Positions 8,105 to 18,710 of a stretch of DNA of 64,000 nucleotides are shown in pieces (the stretch's first letter is position 1; the number at the start of each line of letters is the position of its first letter). This stretch comes from Microbacteriaceae bacterium (GTDB lineage Bacteria; Actinomycetota; Actinomycetes; Actinomycetales; Microbacteriaceae), in the NCBI GenBank assembly GCA_027490915.1, contig JAIXXG010000035.1:19582-83581 (forward strand). Reading direction: 5' to 3'. The notes beneath the pieces were generated by a model that was given only the letters and a program-made list of their open reading frames with translations, ran no database searches and was not told where the DNA came from. The position numbers were made by a program, and so were the translations under genes.

Positions 8105-8818
8105 ATGACCGCGTTCAGCCCCGAGACCCAGGTGGCGATCGCGCGCGTGCGTGACGAGGTGGCGGCCCTCCACGCCGAGCTCGTGCGCTCCGGCCTCGTC
8201 GTCTGGACTGGCGGCAACGTCTCCGGACGGGTGCCCGGTGCCGACCTCTTCGTCATCAAGCCCAGCGGGGTCTCGTACGACGACCTCGACGCCTCGAGCA
8301 TGATCCTGTGCACGCTCGACGGCGAGGTCGTGCCCAACACCCCCGGCAGCGACCGCAGCCCCTCGAGCGACACCGCGGCGCACGCGTACGTCTACCGCGA
8401 GATGCCCGAGGTCGGGGGCGTCGTGCACACCCACTCGACCTACGCTACGGCGTGGGCCGCCCGCGCCGAGGCGATCCCCTGCGTGCTCACGGCGATGGCC
8501 GACGAGTTCGGCGGCGAGATCCCCGTCGGGCCGTTCGCGATCATCGGCGACGACTCGATCGGCCGCGGCATCGTCGACACCCTGCGCGGGCACCGCTCGC
8601 GCGCCGTGCTCATGCGCAACCACGGCCCCTTCACCATCGGGCGCGACGCCCGTGATGCCGTCAAGGCGGCCGTGATGCTCGAGGATGTCGCGCGCACCGT
8701 GCACATCGCCCGCCAGCTCGGCGACCCGCTGCCGATCAAGCCCGCCGCGATCGACGCGCTGTTCGACCGCTACCAGAACGTCTACGGCCAGCCCACGAGC
8801 GCGGGGGCAGCACGATGA
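8105..8818 (+). CDS. araD: L-ribulose-5-phosphate 4-epimerase
   Basis: Class II aldolase/epimerase motifs (GGNVSGR, IKPSGV, VVHTHSTYATAWA). GAGGTG SD before ATG 8105. The track ORF start at 8045 has no SD. Confidence 0.88.
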   Translation: MTAFSPETQVAIARVRDEVAALHAELVRSGLVVWTGGNVSGRVPGADLFVIKPSGVSYDDLDASSMILCTLDGEVVPNTPGSDRSPSSDTAAHAYVYREMPEVGGVVHTHSTYATAWAARAEAIPCVLTAMADEFGGEIPVGPFAIIGDDSIGRGIVDTLRGHRSRAVLMRNHGPFTIGRDARDAVKAAVMLEDVARTVHIARQLGDPLPIKPAAIDALFDRYQNVYGQPTSAGAAR

Positions 8819-10425
8819 GCGCCGCGGTGATCGCCGAGGGCCGTGCGGTGCTGGGCATCGAGCTCGGCTCGACCCGCATCAAGGCCTGCCTCATCGACCC
8901 GGCCGACAGCACCGTGCTCGCCGTGGGCGCGCACGAGTGGCAGAACGAGCTCGTCGACGGGTACTGGAGCTACGCGCTCGAGGCCGTGCACGCGGGACTC
9001 CAGGCCGCGTACGCCGCGCTCGCGGCCGACGCCGCGGCGCGGCACGGTGCCGCGCCCGCCCGCCTCGCGGCGATCGGCGTCTCGGCGATGATGCACGGCT
9101 ACCTCGCCTTCGACGAGGCCGGCGACCTGCTCGTGCCCTTCCGCACGTGGCGCAACACCACGACCGGCGCGGCCGCGGCCGCTCTCACCGAGCTCTTCGG
9201 CACGGCCATCCCGCAGCGCTGGTCGATCGCGCACCTGCACCAGGCGGTCATCGACGACGAGCCGCACGTCGGCCGCGTGCACCGAATCACGACTCTCGCC
9301 GGCTACGTGCACGAGCTGATCGGCGGCGACCGCGTGCTCGGCGTCGGCGACGCCTCGGGCATGTTCCCGCTCGCGGCCGACGGCGCGGGGTACGACGCCG
9401 CACTGCTGGCCCGCTACGACGCCCTCGCCGGTTCGGCTCTCGCGGGGCCCCTCGCCGGGATGCTCCCGGCCGTGCTGCCCGCCGGTGCCGCCGCTGGCAC
9501 GCTCAGCGCCGAGGGCGCGGCCCTGCTCGACCCGAGCGGAACGCTGCAGCCCGGCGCCCTGCTGTGCCCGCCCGAGGGCGACGCTGGCACCGGCATGGTC
9601 GCGACCAACGCGATCGCCCCGCGCACCGGAAACGTGAGCGTCGGCACGAGCATCTTCGCGATGGTCGTGCTCGAGCGACCGCTCACCGGCATCCACCCCG
9701 AGATCGACATCGTCGCCACCCCGGCCGGTCACCCGGTCGCGATGGTGCACGCCAACAACGGCACGAGCGAGCTCGCCGCCTGGGTCGGCGTGCTGCGCCG
9801 GTTCGCCGAGCTCGCGGGCACGCCGCTCGACGCCGATGCCGCCTACCGCCTGCTGCTCGACGAGGCGATGACCGCCGGTGCCGACGCCGACGGCGTGGTC
9901 GCCTACCCGCTCGAGGCGGGCGAGCCCGTGCTCGGGCTCGACGCCGGCCGGCCGATGGTCGTGCGCGGCAGTGAGAGCGCTCTGACCCTGGCGGCCCTCG
10001 TGCGCGCGCAGCTGCTCAGCGTGTTCGCGACCCTCGCCGTCGGCATGCGCGTGCTGCACGCGGAGGGCGTCGCCGTCGATCGCCTGCAGGCGCACGGCGG
10101 CCTCTTCCGCACCGCGGGGGTCGCGCAGCGCACGCTGGCCGCAGCCGTCGGGGCTCCGGTCGGCGTCGTCGGTGCTGCCGCCGAGGGCGGCGCGTGGGGC
10201 ATGGCCCTGCTCGCCGGTTTCGCTGCGCAGCACGGGGGAGACCCGCGCGGCGGAGACCTCGCCGCCTACCTCGACACCACCGTCTTCGCGGGCGTCGCGA
10301 CGAGCGTCGTCGATCCCCTTCCCGCCGACCGCGACGGCTTCGCCGTCTACCTCGACCGCTTCGAGAGCGGCCTCGCCGTGCAGCGTGCCGCCCTCGACGC
10401 CCTACCCACCGGAGCCCTCTCGTGA
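8815..10425 (+). CDS. araB: FGGY-family carbohydrate kinase, likely L-ribulokinase
   Basis: N-terminal [14 protein letters not shown] actin-fold phosphate-1 motif. Length about 536 aa. ATGA overlap with araD. Sits between araD and araA. Confidence 0.75.
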   Translation: MSAAVIAEGRAVLGIELGSTRIKACLIDPADSTVLAVGAHEWQNELVDGYWSYALEAVHAGLQAAYAALAADAAARHGAAPARLAAIGVSAMMHGYLAFDEAGDLLVPFRTWRNTTTGAAAAALTELFGTAIPQRWSIAHLHQAVIDDEPHVGRVHRITTLAGYVHELIGGDRVLGVGDASGMFPLAADGAGYDAALLARYDALAGSALAGPLAGMLPAVLPAGAAAGTLSAEGAALLDPSGTLQPGALLCPPEGDAGTGMVATNAIAPRTGNVSVGTSIFAMVVLERPLTGIHPEIDIVATPAGHPVAMVHANNGTSELAAWVGVLRRFAELAGTPLDADAAYRLLLDEAMTAGADADGVVAYPLEAGEPVLGLDAGRPMVVRGSESALTLAALVRAQLLSVFATLAVGMRVLHAEGVAVDRLQAHGGLFRTAGVAQRTLAAAVGAPVGVVGAAAEGGAWGMALLAGFAAQHGGDPRGGDLAAYLDTTVFAGVATSVVDPLPADRDGFAVYLDRFESGLAVQRAALDALPTGALS

Positions 10426-11942
10426 CTCGCAGCATCGTTCCCGACCTGTCGACCCTCGAGGTCTGGTTCCTCACCGGAAGCCAGAACCTCTACGGCGACG
10501 AGACCCTGCGCCAGGTCGCCGAGCAGTCGCAGCAGGTCGTCGCGGGCCTCCAGGCTGCGGCGAGCATCCCCGTCTCGATCGTCTGGAAGCCGACCCTCGT
10601 CGACAGCGCCAGCATCAAGCGGGTCATGCAGGAGGCGAACGCCGCCGAGAACGTCATCGGCGTCATCGCGTGGATGCACACCTTCAGCCCGGCCAAGATG
10701 TGGATCGCCGGCCTCGACGCGCTGCAGAAGCCCCTGCTGCACCTGCACACGCAGGCCAACGTCGCACTGCCGTGGTCGGAGATCGACTTCGACTTCATGA
10801 ACCTCAACCAGGCTGCGCACGGCGACCGCGAGTTCGGCTACATCGTGTCGCGCCTCGGCGTCGCCCGCACCACCGTGGTCGGCCACGTGTCGAACCCCGC
10901 GGTCACCGACCGCGTCGGCACGTGGGCGCGCGCCGCGGCTGGCCGCCACGCGACGCAGAACCTCAAGCTCGCCCGCTTCGGCGACAACATGCGCTACGTC
11001 GCGGTCACCGAGGGCGACAAGACCGAGGCCGAGCTGCGCTTCGGCGTGCAGGTCAACACCTGGGGCGTCACCGAGCTGGCCGACGCGGTGCATGCCGTCG
11101 CCGATGCCGACATCGACACCCTCGTCGAGGAGTACCTCGACCGCTACGACGTCGCTCCCGAGCTGCACCCGGGGGCCGAGCGGCACGACTCGCTGCGCTA
11201 CGGCGCCGCGATCGAGCTGGGGCTGCGCGGGTTCCTCGAAGGCGGCGGATTCTCCGCCTTCACCACCTCCTTCGAGGACCTCGCGTCGCTGCGCCAGCTG
11301 CCGGGTCTCGCCGTGCAGCGCCTGATGGCGGACGGCTACGGATTCGGAGCCGAGGGCGACTGGAAGACCGCGGTGCTCGTCCGCGCCGCGGCGGTCATGG
11401 GGGCCGGGCTGCCCGGTGGTGCCTCGCTCATGGAGGACTATACGTACCACCTCGAGCCGGGCAACGAGCTGATCCTCGGCGCCCACATGCTCGAGGTGAG
11501 CCCTTCGCTGACGAGCCAGCGCGCGCGCCTCGAGGTGCACCCGCTCGGCATCGGAGGCAAAGAGGACCCGGTGCGCCTGGTGTTCACGGCCGACCCCGGC
11601 CCCGCGCTCGTGGTCGCGCTGAGCGACCTGCGCGACCGCTTCCGCCTCGTGGCCAACGTCGTCGAGAACGTCGCGCTGCCCGAGCCCATGCCGAAGCTCC
11701 CCGTCGGTCACGCGGTGTGGAAGCCCGCCCCCGACTTCACGACCTCCGCCGCAGCCTGGCTGACGGCCGGAGCCGCCCACCACACCGTCATGACCACTCA
11801 GGTCGGCGTCGAGGTCGTCCGCGACTTCGCGCAGATGGCTGGCGTCGAGCTGCTGGTGATCGACGAGACCACCACGCTCGAGGGGTTCGCGCGCGACGTG
11901 CGCACGAACGCCGCCTACTACCGATTGGCGCAGTCGCTGTGA
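10422..11942 (+). CDS. araA: L-arabinose isomerase
   Basis: Trimmed from ORF 10194..11942 to GTG 10422 (GTGA overlap with the araB stop). N-terminus [14 protein letters not shown] and length of about 506 aa are typical of AraA. Confidence 0.9.
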   Translation: MTRSIVPDLSTLEVWFLTGSQNLYGDETLRQVAEQSQQVVAGLQAAASIPVSIVWKPTLVDSASIKRVMQEANAAENVIGVIAWMHTFSPAKMWIAGLDALQKPLLHLHTQANVALPWSEIDFDFMNLNQAAHGDREFGYIVSRLGVARTTVVGHVSNPAVTDRVGTWARAAAGRHATQNLKLARFGDNMRYVAVTEGDKTEAELRFGVQVNTWGVTELADAVHAVADADIDTLVEEYLDRYDVAPELHPGAERHDSLRYGAAIELGLRGFLEGGGFSAFTTSFEDLASLRQLPGLAVQRLMADGYGFGAEGDWKTAVLVRAAAVMGAGLPGGASLMEDYTYHLEPGNELILGAHMLEVSPSLTSQRARLEVHPLGIGGKEDPVRLVFTADPGPALVVALSDLRDRFRLVANVVENVALPEPMPKLPVGHAVWKPAPDFTTSAAAWLTAGAAHHTVMTTQVGVEVVRDFAQMAGVELLVIDETTTLEGFARDVRTNAAYYRLAQSL

Positions 11943-11966
11943 CGGCGCCGATCACCCCCTAGACGT

Positions 11967-11986
11967 CCCGGGGCTCACGCCCCGGG
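11967..11986 (+). terminator. short GC stem-loop between araA and the transporter genes
   Basis: TCCCGGGGC tcac GCCCCGGGA. No T-tract. Confidence 0.3.
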
Positions 11987-12053
11987 AACGGCCCCGGCCC
12001 GATGTCGAGCCGGGTTCCGCAGCACCACCACATCCCCAATGAAAGGACACACA

Positions 12054-13172
12054 GTGAAGAAGAACCTTCTTCTCTCCGCCGTGGCCATCGGCGCGATGAC
12101 CTTCGGTCTCGCCGCCTGCTCGGCCCCGGTCGCCGATGGTGGCGAGGGCGAAGGCGGCGGCCTCATCGGCGTCGCCATGCCCACGCGCTCGTCGGAGCGC
12201 TGGATCGCGGACGGCGACGCCCTCGTGGCCGAGCTCGAGGCGGCCGGCTACACCGTCGACCTCCAGTACGCAGAGGACGACATCCCGACCCAGGTCTCGC
12301 AGGTCGAGAACATGATCACCAAGGGCGCTGAGGCCCTGATCATCGCCGCGATCGACGGCACCACCCTCACCGAGGTGCTGCAGACCGCTGCCGACAGCGA
12401 CATCCCGGTCATCGCCTACGACCGTCTGATCCGCGACTCGGAGAACGTCAACTACTACGCGACGTTCGACAACTTCCTCGTGGGCCAGCAGCAGGCCTGG
12501 ACCCTGCTGAACGGTCTCGGCCTGACCGACCTCGAGGGCAACCCGCTCCCCGACGCGCCGGCTGGTCCGTTCAACATCGAGCTGTTCGCCGGCTCGCTGG
12601 ACGACAACAACGCGTTCTTCTTCTTCAACGGCGCCATGGACGTGCTCCAGCCGCTGATCGATGACGGAACGCTCGTCGTGAAGTCGGGTCAGACCGACAT
12701 CGAGCAGGCCGCCACGCTGCGCTGGGACGGCGAGGTCGCCCAGAGCCGCATGGAGGACCTCCTGACGGCGAACTACTCCGACGGCTCGAAGGTCGACGCG
12801 GTGCTGTCGCCCTACGACGGCCTGAGCCGTGGCATCATCTCGGCCCTGACCGACGCGGGCTACGCCGTGGGCGTCGACTTCCCGATCATCTCGGGTCAGG
12901 ACGCGGAGATCGACTCGGTCAAGGCCATCCTCTCGGGTGAGCAGTTCGCGACCATCTTCAAGGACACCCGCGAGCTCGCGAAGGTCGCGGCCGGCATGGC
13001 CGTCGCCCTTCTCGAGGGCGGCGAGCCGGAGATCAACGACACCACCACGTACGACAACGGTGTTCTCGTCGTGCCGTCGTTCCTGCTCGGACCGGTGCCG
13101 GTCGTTGCCGACAACGTCCAGGAGGCGCTCGTCGACACCGGGTACTGGACGGCTGAGGAGCTCGGCCTCTAA
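12054..13172 (+). CDS. multiple-monosaccharide ABC transporter substrate-binding lipoprotein (ChvE-like)
   Basis: GAAAGGA SD precedes GTG 12054 (alternative ATG at 12039). Lipobox LAAC-S. Periplasmic-binding fold type I. Followed by a 509-aa duplicated ATPase and a 408-aa permease, as in ChvE-GguAB/MmsAB systems. Confidence 0.85.
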   Translation: MKKNLLLSAVAIGAMTFGLAACSAPVADGGEGEGGGLIGVAMPTRSSERWIADGDALVAELEAAGYTVDLQYAEDDIPTQVSQVENMITKGAEALIIAAIDGTTLTEVLQTAADSDIPVIAYDRLIRDSENVNYYATFDNFLVGQQQAWTLLNGLGLTDLEGNPLPDAPAGPFNIELFAGSLDDNNAFFFFNGAMDVLQPLIDDGTLVVKSGQTDIEQAATLRWDGEVAQSRMEDLLTANYSDGSKVDAVLSPYDGLSRGIISALTDAGYAVGVDFPIISGQDAEIDSVKAILSGEQFATIFKDTRELAKVAAGMAVALLEGGEPEINDTTTYDNGVLVVPSFLLGPVPVVADNVQEALVDTGYWTAEELGL

Positions 13173-13207
13173 CGAGGTCTGAGCACCGCACCACCAGGTG
13201 TACCTGG

Positions 13208-13245
13208 CCGGTGGTGGGGAGTCGCACTAGGCTCCCCACCACCGG
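13208..13245 (+). terminator. 14-bp perfect stem-loop between the SBP and ATPase genes (intercistronic stabiliser/partial terminator)
   Basis: CCGGTGGTGGGGAG tcgcactagg CTCCCCACCACCGG followed by CTCTTT. Upstream CACCACCAGG could pair alternatively with the 5' arm. Confidence 0.6.
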
Positions 13246-13281
13246 CTCTTTCCCCCAACGACGTAAGGAAGTGGGCAGCAC

Positions 13282-14811
13282 GTGACCCAGAACATCCTCG
13301 AGATGCGGTCGATCACGAAGACCTTCCCGGGTGTCAAGGCCCTTTCCGACGTCACCCTCGAGGTGGCGCGCGGTGAGGTCCACGCCATCTGCGGCGAGAA
13401 CGGCGCCGGCAAGTCGACCCTCATGAAGGTGCTGTCGGGCGTCTACCCGCACGGCACCTACGACGGCGACATCGTCTTCGAGAACGAGGTCGTCGAGTTC
13501 AAAGACATCCGTGACAGCGAGGCCAAAGGCATCGTCATCATCCACCAGGAGCTCGCGCTGAGCCCCTACCTCTCGATCGCCGAGAACATCTTCCTCAACA
13601 ACGAGGTCAAGGGGCCGCTCGGCCTCATCGACTGGAACAAGACGAACCTCGAGGCCAAGAAGCTGCTGGCGCGCGTCGGGCTCGATGAAGACCCGGTCAC
13701 GCGCATCCTCGACATCGGTGTCGGCAAGCAGCAGCTCGTCGAGATCGCGAAGGCGCTGTCGAAAGAGGTGAAGCTCCTCATCCTCGACGAGCCGACCGCC
13801 GCGCTCAACGACGCCGACTCCGACCACCTGCTCGACCTGATCCTGCACCTGAAAGAGCAGGGCATCACGTCGATCATCATCAGCCACAAGCTCAACGAGA
13901 TCAAGAAGATCGCCGACTCGGTGACGGTCATCCGCGACGGCAAGACCATCGAGACGATCCGCCGCGTCGACGTCTCGGAGGACCGCATCATCAAGGGGAT
14001 GGTCGGTCGCGATCTCGAGAACCGCTACCCCGACCACACCCCGCACATCGGTGAGGAGGTGCTGCGCGTCGAGGGGTGGACGGCCCATCACCCGCAGGAC
14101 GTCAACCGCGTCATGGTCGACAACGTCGACCTCACGGTGCACGCCGGCGAGATCGTCGGCATCGCGGGGCTCATGGGTGCCGGGCGCACCGAGTTCGCCA
14201 TGAGCCTGTTCGGCCACAGCTACGGCAGCCGCATCAGCGGCAAGGTCTACAAGCGCGGCGTCGAGATCAAGACCCGCACCGTCGACGAGGCGATCCGCAA
14301 CGGCATCGCCTACGCGACGGAGGATCGCAAGATGTACGGCTTGAACCTCATCGAGGACATCAAGCGCAACATCTCGATGGCCTCTCTGCGCAAGCTCGTG
14401 CGCGGCGGGCTCGTGAACGACAACGAAGAGTACAAGGTCGCGAACGAGTACCGCCAGAGCATGAACATCAAGAGCCCGACGGTGCTGGCCAAGACCGGCC
14501 AGCTCTCCGGCGGCAACCAGCAGAAGGTCGTGCTCTCGAAGTGGATCTACGCCGACCCGGAGGTGCTCATCCTCGATGAGCCGACCCGCGGCATCGACGT
14601 CGGAGCCAAGTACGAGATCTACACGATCATCAACCGGCTCGCGAGCGAGGGGAAGGCGATCATCGTCATCTCCTCCGAGCTGCCCGAACTGCTGGGCATC
14701 TGCGACCGCATCTACGCCCTCTCCGAGGGCCGGATCACGGGACAGATGCCCGTATCCGACGCCACCCCCGAAGCCCTCCTCAAGCTCATGACCCTGGAGA
14801 AGCAGCGCTAA
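13282..14811 (+). CDS. sugar ABC transporter ATP-binding protein (duplicated ATPase, MmsA/GguA-like)
   Basis: Two ABC cassettes: GENGAGKST ... [10 protein letters not shown] and [11 protein letters not shown] ... [11 protein letters not shown]. Confidence 0.9.
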   Translation: MTQNILEMRSITKTFPGVKALSDVTLEVARGEVHAICGENGAGKSTLMKVLSGVYPHGTYDGDIVFENEVVEFKDIRDSEAKGIVIIHQELALSPYLSIAENIFLNNEVKGPLGLIDWNKTNLEAKKLLARVGLDEDPVTRILDIGVGKQQLVEIAKALSKEVKLLILDEPTAALNDADSDHLLDLILHLKEQGITSIIISHKLNEIKKIADSVTVIRDGKTIETIRRVDVSEDRIIKGMVGRDLENRYPDHTPHIGEEVLRVEGWTAHHPQDVNRVMVDNVDLTVHAGEIVGIAGLMGAGRTEFAMSLFGHSYGSRISGKVYKRGVEIKTRTVDEAIRNGIAYATEDRKMYGLNLIEDIKRNISMASLRKLVRGGLVNDNEEYKVANEYRQSMNIKSPTVLAKTGQLSGGNQQKVVLSKWIYADPEVLILDEPTRGIDVGAKYEIYTIINRLASEGKAIIVISSELPELLGICDRIYALSEGRITGQMPVSDATPEALLKLMTLEKQR

Positions 14812-16037
14812 TGTCCGACACCGCAGTCAAGACCCCGGAGAAGAAGCCCGGCTTCCAGCTCCCGCCCACGCTCAGCTACATCGTGAGCGACCTCGGCAAG
14901 AACGGCATCTTCCTCGCCCTCATCGCCGTGGTGGTGCTGTTCTCGATCACGACGAACGGCATCCTCCTGCGCCCGCAGAACATCTCGAACCTGATCGTGC
15001 AGAACGGGTACATCCTGATTCTCGCGATCGGCATGGTGCTCGTGATCGTCGCCGGTCACATCGACCTGTCGGTCGGCTCGATCGCCGCGTTCATCGGAGC
15101 CTTCTCGGGCGTGCTGATCCGCGATCTCGGGTTCCCATGGTGGCTCGCCATCATCGGTGCGCTCGTGATCGGCGCCGTGGTCGGCGCCTGGCAGGGCTTC
15201 TGGATCGCCTATGTGGGCATTCCCGCCTTCATCGTCACCTTGGCGGGCATGCTCATCTTCCGCGGGCTCGCGCTCATCACGCTGGGCAACTCGAACATCG
15301 GATCGTTCCCCGAGGAGTACCGCGCCCTGGGCAACGGGTTCATCTCGTTCGCCGGGCCCGATGCGACCATCGACGTCTTCACGCTCATCGTGGGCGCCCT
15401 GGCGATCGTCGGCCTCATCGTGCAGCAGGTGCGCACGCGCGCTGGGCGCATCAAGTACGGCCAGACGGTCGACCCGACGGTCTGGTTCATCGCCAAGATG
15501 GCCTTCGTCGCCGTCGGTGTCGGCGCGTTCACCTACGCGCTCGCCACCTTCAAGGGCATCCCCGTGACGCTCATCGTGCTCGCCGTGCTGCTGATGATCT
15601 ACGGCATCGTCGCCAACCGCACGGTCTTCGGCCGCCACATCTACGCGATCGGCGGCAACCGCCGCGCCGCGGAGCTGTCGGGCGTCAAGACCCGGTCGGT
15701 CGACTTCTGGCTGTTCGTCAACATGGGCATCCTGGCCGCGCTCGCCGGCCTGGTGTTCACCGCTCGCCTCAACCTGGCCGGCCCGAAGGCCGGTGACGGC
15801 TTCGAGCTCGAGGCCATCTCGGCCGCCTTCATCGGTGGTGCGGCGGTGCAGGGCGGTATCGGCACGATCTCGGGCGCCATCATCGGTGGTCTGATCATCG
15901 GTGTGCTCAACAACGGCATGTCGATCATGGGTATCGGCATCGAGTGGCAGCAGGCGGTCAAGGGCCTCGTGCTGCTGCTGGCGGTCGCCTTCGACGTCTA
16001 CAACAAGCGTCGCGCGGGCACCAGCACGTCCCGCTGA
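14811..16037 (+). CDS. sugar ABC transporter permease (MmsB/GguB-like)
   Basis: About 10 TM segments, AraH/XylH-type permease. The TAATG junction couples its start to the upstream stop. Confidence 0.88.
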   Translation: MSDTAVKTPEKKPGFQLPPTLSYIVSDLGKNGIFLALIAVVVLFSITTNGILLRPQNISNLIVQNGYILILAIGMVLVIVAGHIDLSVGSIAAFIGAFSGVLIRDLGFPWWLAIIGALVIGAVVGAWQGFWIAYVGIPAFIVTLAGMLIFRGLALITLGNSNIGSFPEEYRALGNGFISFAGPDATIDVFTLIVGALAIVGLIVQQVRTRAGRIKYGQTVDPTVWFIAKMAFVAVGVGAFTYALATFKGIPVTLIVLAVLLMIYGIVANRTVFGRHIYAIGGNRRAAELSGVKTRSVDFWLFVNMGILAALAGLVFTARLNLAGPKAGDGFELEAISAAFIGGAAVQGGIGTISGAIIGGLIIGVLNNGMSIMGIGIEWQQAVKGLVLLLAVAFDVYNKRRAGTSTSR

Positions 16038-16105
16038 GCAGGGCCTCATAGGATGGGGGTGGCCGATCGGCCACCCCCATCCTCTTTCTCTCTGGAGCTG
16101 TCTCC

Positions 16106-17335
16106 GTGACGACGCTCGTGCATCCCGGAGATGCTCTGACCCGGCGCGAGCGCGCGCTCTACGTGATCGTGCTCGGAGCCCTCACCGCCCTCGGGCCGTT
16201 CACGGTCGACCTGTACCTCCCCGCGTTCCCGCAGGTCGAGGCCGACCTCGGGGTCTCCACGGCCCTGATCCAGCTCACCCTCACCGCGACCACGCTCGGG
16301 TTCGCCTTCGGCCAGCTGCTCGTCGGCCCGTGGAGCGACGCCGTCGGGCGCCGACTGCCGCTCATCCTGGCGACGAGCCTGCACGTCGGCGCGAGTCTCG
16401 GCGTCGCGCTCGCCCCCGACATCGCGTGGCTCATGGTCTTCCGCGTGCTGCAGGGCTTCGGAGCCGCGGCGGGCGGTGTCGTCGCCATGGCCACCGTGCG
16501 CGACCTGTTCGGCGGGTACCCGCTCGTGCGCATGCTCTCGCGGTTGTCGCTCGTCAACGGGCTCGCGCCGATCCTCGCGCCCGTCATCGGCTCGCAGCTG
16601 CTGCTCGTGATGCCCTGGCGCGGGCTCTTCCTCGTGCTCGCCGCCTACGGCGTGATCATCGTGATCGCGGCGAGTCTGCTGATCGTCGAGACCCTGCCGC
16701 CGGAGCGCCGCGTCACGACGGGGCACGCGACCATCCGCGATCGCTACCGGTCGCTGTTCGCCGACCGCATCTTCCTCGGCGTCGCTGTCATCGGCGGGAT
16801 GTCCTTCTCGGGCCTCTTCGCCTATCTCTCGGCCTCCCCGTTCCTCTTCCAGGAGGTCTACGGGCTCGACCCGCAGGGGTACGGGCTGCTGTTCGCGCTC
16901 AACTCGATCGGTGTGGTCGCGGGTGTTCAGGTCAGCTCGCGGCTCGCGCGCCGCATCCCGCCGCAGTGGATCCTCGCGGGGTCGACGCTGGTGCTGCTCG
17001 GCAGCGCGGTGGCGATCATCGTGCTCGACCTCGCGGGGGCCGGCTTCTGGGGCACCGTCGTTCCGCTGTGGTTCTTCATCACGGCGTGCGGGTTCGGCTT
17101 TCCGATGGTGCAGGCCCTGGCGCTCGTGAACCACGGCAGCGAGGCGGGCACGGCGGCCTCGCTGCTCGGCGCGATGAACTTCGGGCTCGCCGGGCTGCTC
17201 TCGCCGATCGTCGGGCTGTTCGGCATCGCGAACGCGATTCCGATGGGAACGGTCATGGCCCTCACCTCGGTCGTCTCGATCGTGAGTCTCTGGGTGATCG
17301 TGCGGCCGCGCACGGTTCCGCCGCTGGGCGACTGA
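16106..17335 (+). CDS. MFS transporter, Bcr/CflA drug-resistance subfamily
   Basis: 12 TM segments. Motif GPWSDAVGRRLPL (MFS motif A). Confidence 0.8.
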   Translation: MTTLVHPGDALTRRERALYVIVLGALTALGPFTVDLYLPAFPQVEADLGVSTALIQLTLTATTLGFAFGQLLVGPWSDAVGRRLPLILATSLHVGASLGVALAPDIAWLMVFRVLQGFGAAAGGVVAMATVRDLFGGYPLVRMLSRLSLVNGLAPILAPVIGSQLLLVMPWRGLFLVLAAYGVIIVIAASLLIVETLPPERRVTTGHATIRDRYRSLFADRIFLGVAVIGGMSFSGLFAYLSASPFLFQEVYGLDPQGYGLLFALNSIGVVAGVQVSSRLARRIPPQWILAGSTLVLLGSAVAIIVLDLAGAGFWGTVVPLWFFITACGFGFPMVQALALVNHGSEAGTAASLLGAMNFGLAGLLSPIVGLFGIANAIPMGTVMALTSVVSIVSLWVIVRPRTVPPLGD

Positions 17336-17397
17336 TCGTCGGGCCCGGCGCGACGGCGGCATCGGCATCCCGCGCCCCACACAGGGCTGGCGAAGTT

Positions 17398-17415
17398 GTT
17401 GTCCATCTGGATAAC
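17398..17415. promoter_or_regulatory. inverted repeat GTTGTCCA-tc-TGGATAAC overlapping a TAACAT -10 (17412-17417)
   Basis: 8-bp arms with 1 mismatch. The -10 hexamer lies 6 nt upstream of ATG 17424. Confidence 0.35.
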
Positions 17416-17423
17416 ATGAGCGC

Positions 17424-18704
17424 ATGAGGATTCTGCTTGTCGGCGCCGGAGGCGTCGGAGACGCCATCGCCAAGATCGCCGCCCGCCGCTCGTTCTTCGA
17501 GACCGTCATCGTCAGCGACTACGACATCGCGCGCGCCGAGCGCACCATCGCCTGGATCGAGGCGAAGCACGGCCCGCAGGGCGACCGCTTCGTCGCCGCG
17601 CAGATCGACGCCTCCGACGCCGCCGTCGTCGAGCGCGTCGCGCGCGAGCACCGGGCCACGCACGTCATGAACGCCGTCGAGCCGAAGTTCGTCATGCCGA
17701 TCTTCCGCGGGGCGATCGCCGCCGGCGCCGACTACATGGACATGGCGATGAGCCTCTCGGTGCCGCACCCCTCGCAGCCCTACGAGCAGACCGGCGTGAA
17801 GCTCGGCGACGAGCAGTTCGCGGTCGCCGAGGAGTGGGAGAAGGCGGGTCGCCTCGCGCTCGTCGGCATGGGCGTCGAGCCCGGGCTGAGCGACGTGTTC
17901 GCGCGCTACGCCGTCGACCACCTCTTCCGCGAGGTCGACGAGCTGGGCACGCGCGACGGCGCCAACCTGGTCGTGCGCGACGACGCGGGCAACGAGATCT
18001 TCGCCCCCTCGTTCTCGATCTGGACGACCATCGAGGAGTGCCTCAACCCGCCGGTGATCTGGGAGAAGGGCCGCGGCTGGTTCACCACCCCGCCGTTCAG
18101 CGAGCCCGAGGTCTTCGACTTTCCCGAGGGCATCGGCCCCGTCGAGTGCGTCAACGTCGAGCACGAGGAGGTGCTGCTGATGCCGCGCTGGCTCGACGCG
18201 AAGCGCGTGACCTTCAAGTACGGGCTCGGCGACGAGTTCGTCGGCATTCTCAAGACCCTCAACCAGCTCGGGCTCGACAAGACCGAGCCGATCCGGGTGC
18301 GCTCGAAGAACGGCCCGGTCGAGGTCGCGCCCCGCGACGTCGTCGCGGCCGGGCTTCCCGACCCGGCGACGCTGGGTCCGCGGATGACCGGCAAGACCTG
18401 CGCCGGCCTCTGGGTGACCGGCACCGGTGTCGACGGCCAGCCCCGCGCGGTGTACCTGTACCACGTCTCCGACAACGAGTGGACGATGGCCGAGTACGAG
18501 AGCCAGTGCGTCGTGTGGCAGACCGCGCTCAACCCCGTCATCGCCCTCGAGCTGCTCGCCACCGGCGCGTGGAGCGGCGCGGGCGTGCTGGGCCCGGAGG
18601 CCTTCGACGCGCAGCCGTTCCTCGACCTCATGGCGCGCCCGGAGGCCGAGGGCGGCTACGGCCAGGCCTGGGGGCTCGACGAGCGCACGCCCGTCGCCGC
18701 GTAG
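17424..18704 (+). CDS. saccharopine dehydrogenase family NAD(P)-binding protein
   Basis: Rossmann N-terminus MRILLVGAGGVGDAIA. Length and C-terminal domain are typical of the Sacchrp_dh family. Confidence 0.8.
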   Translation: MRILLVGAGGVGDAIAKIAARRSFFETVIVSDYDIARAERTIAWIEAKHGPQGDRFVAAQIDASDAAVVERVAREHRATHVMNAVEPKFVMPIFRGAIAAGADYMDMAMSLSVPHPSQPYEQTGVKLGDEQFAVAEEWEKAGRLALVGMGVEPGLSDVFARYAVDHLFREVDELGTRDGANLVVRDDAGNEIFAPSFSIWTTIEECLNPPVIWEKGRGWFTTPPFSEPEVFDFPEGIGPVECVNVEHEEVLLMPRWLDAKRVTFKYGLGDEFVGILKTLNQLGLDKTEPIRVRSKNGPVEVAPRDVVAAGLPDPATLGPRMTGKTCAGLWVTGTGVDGQPRAVYLYHVSDNEWTMAEYESQCVVWQTALNPVIALELLATGAWSGAGVLGPEAFDAQPFLDLMARPEAEGGYGQAWGLDERTPVAA

Positions 18705-18710
18705 AACGCC

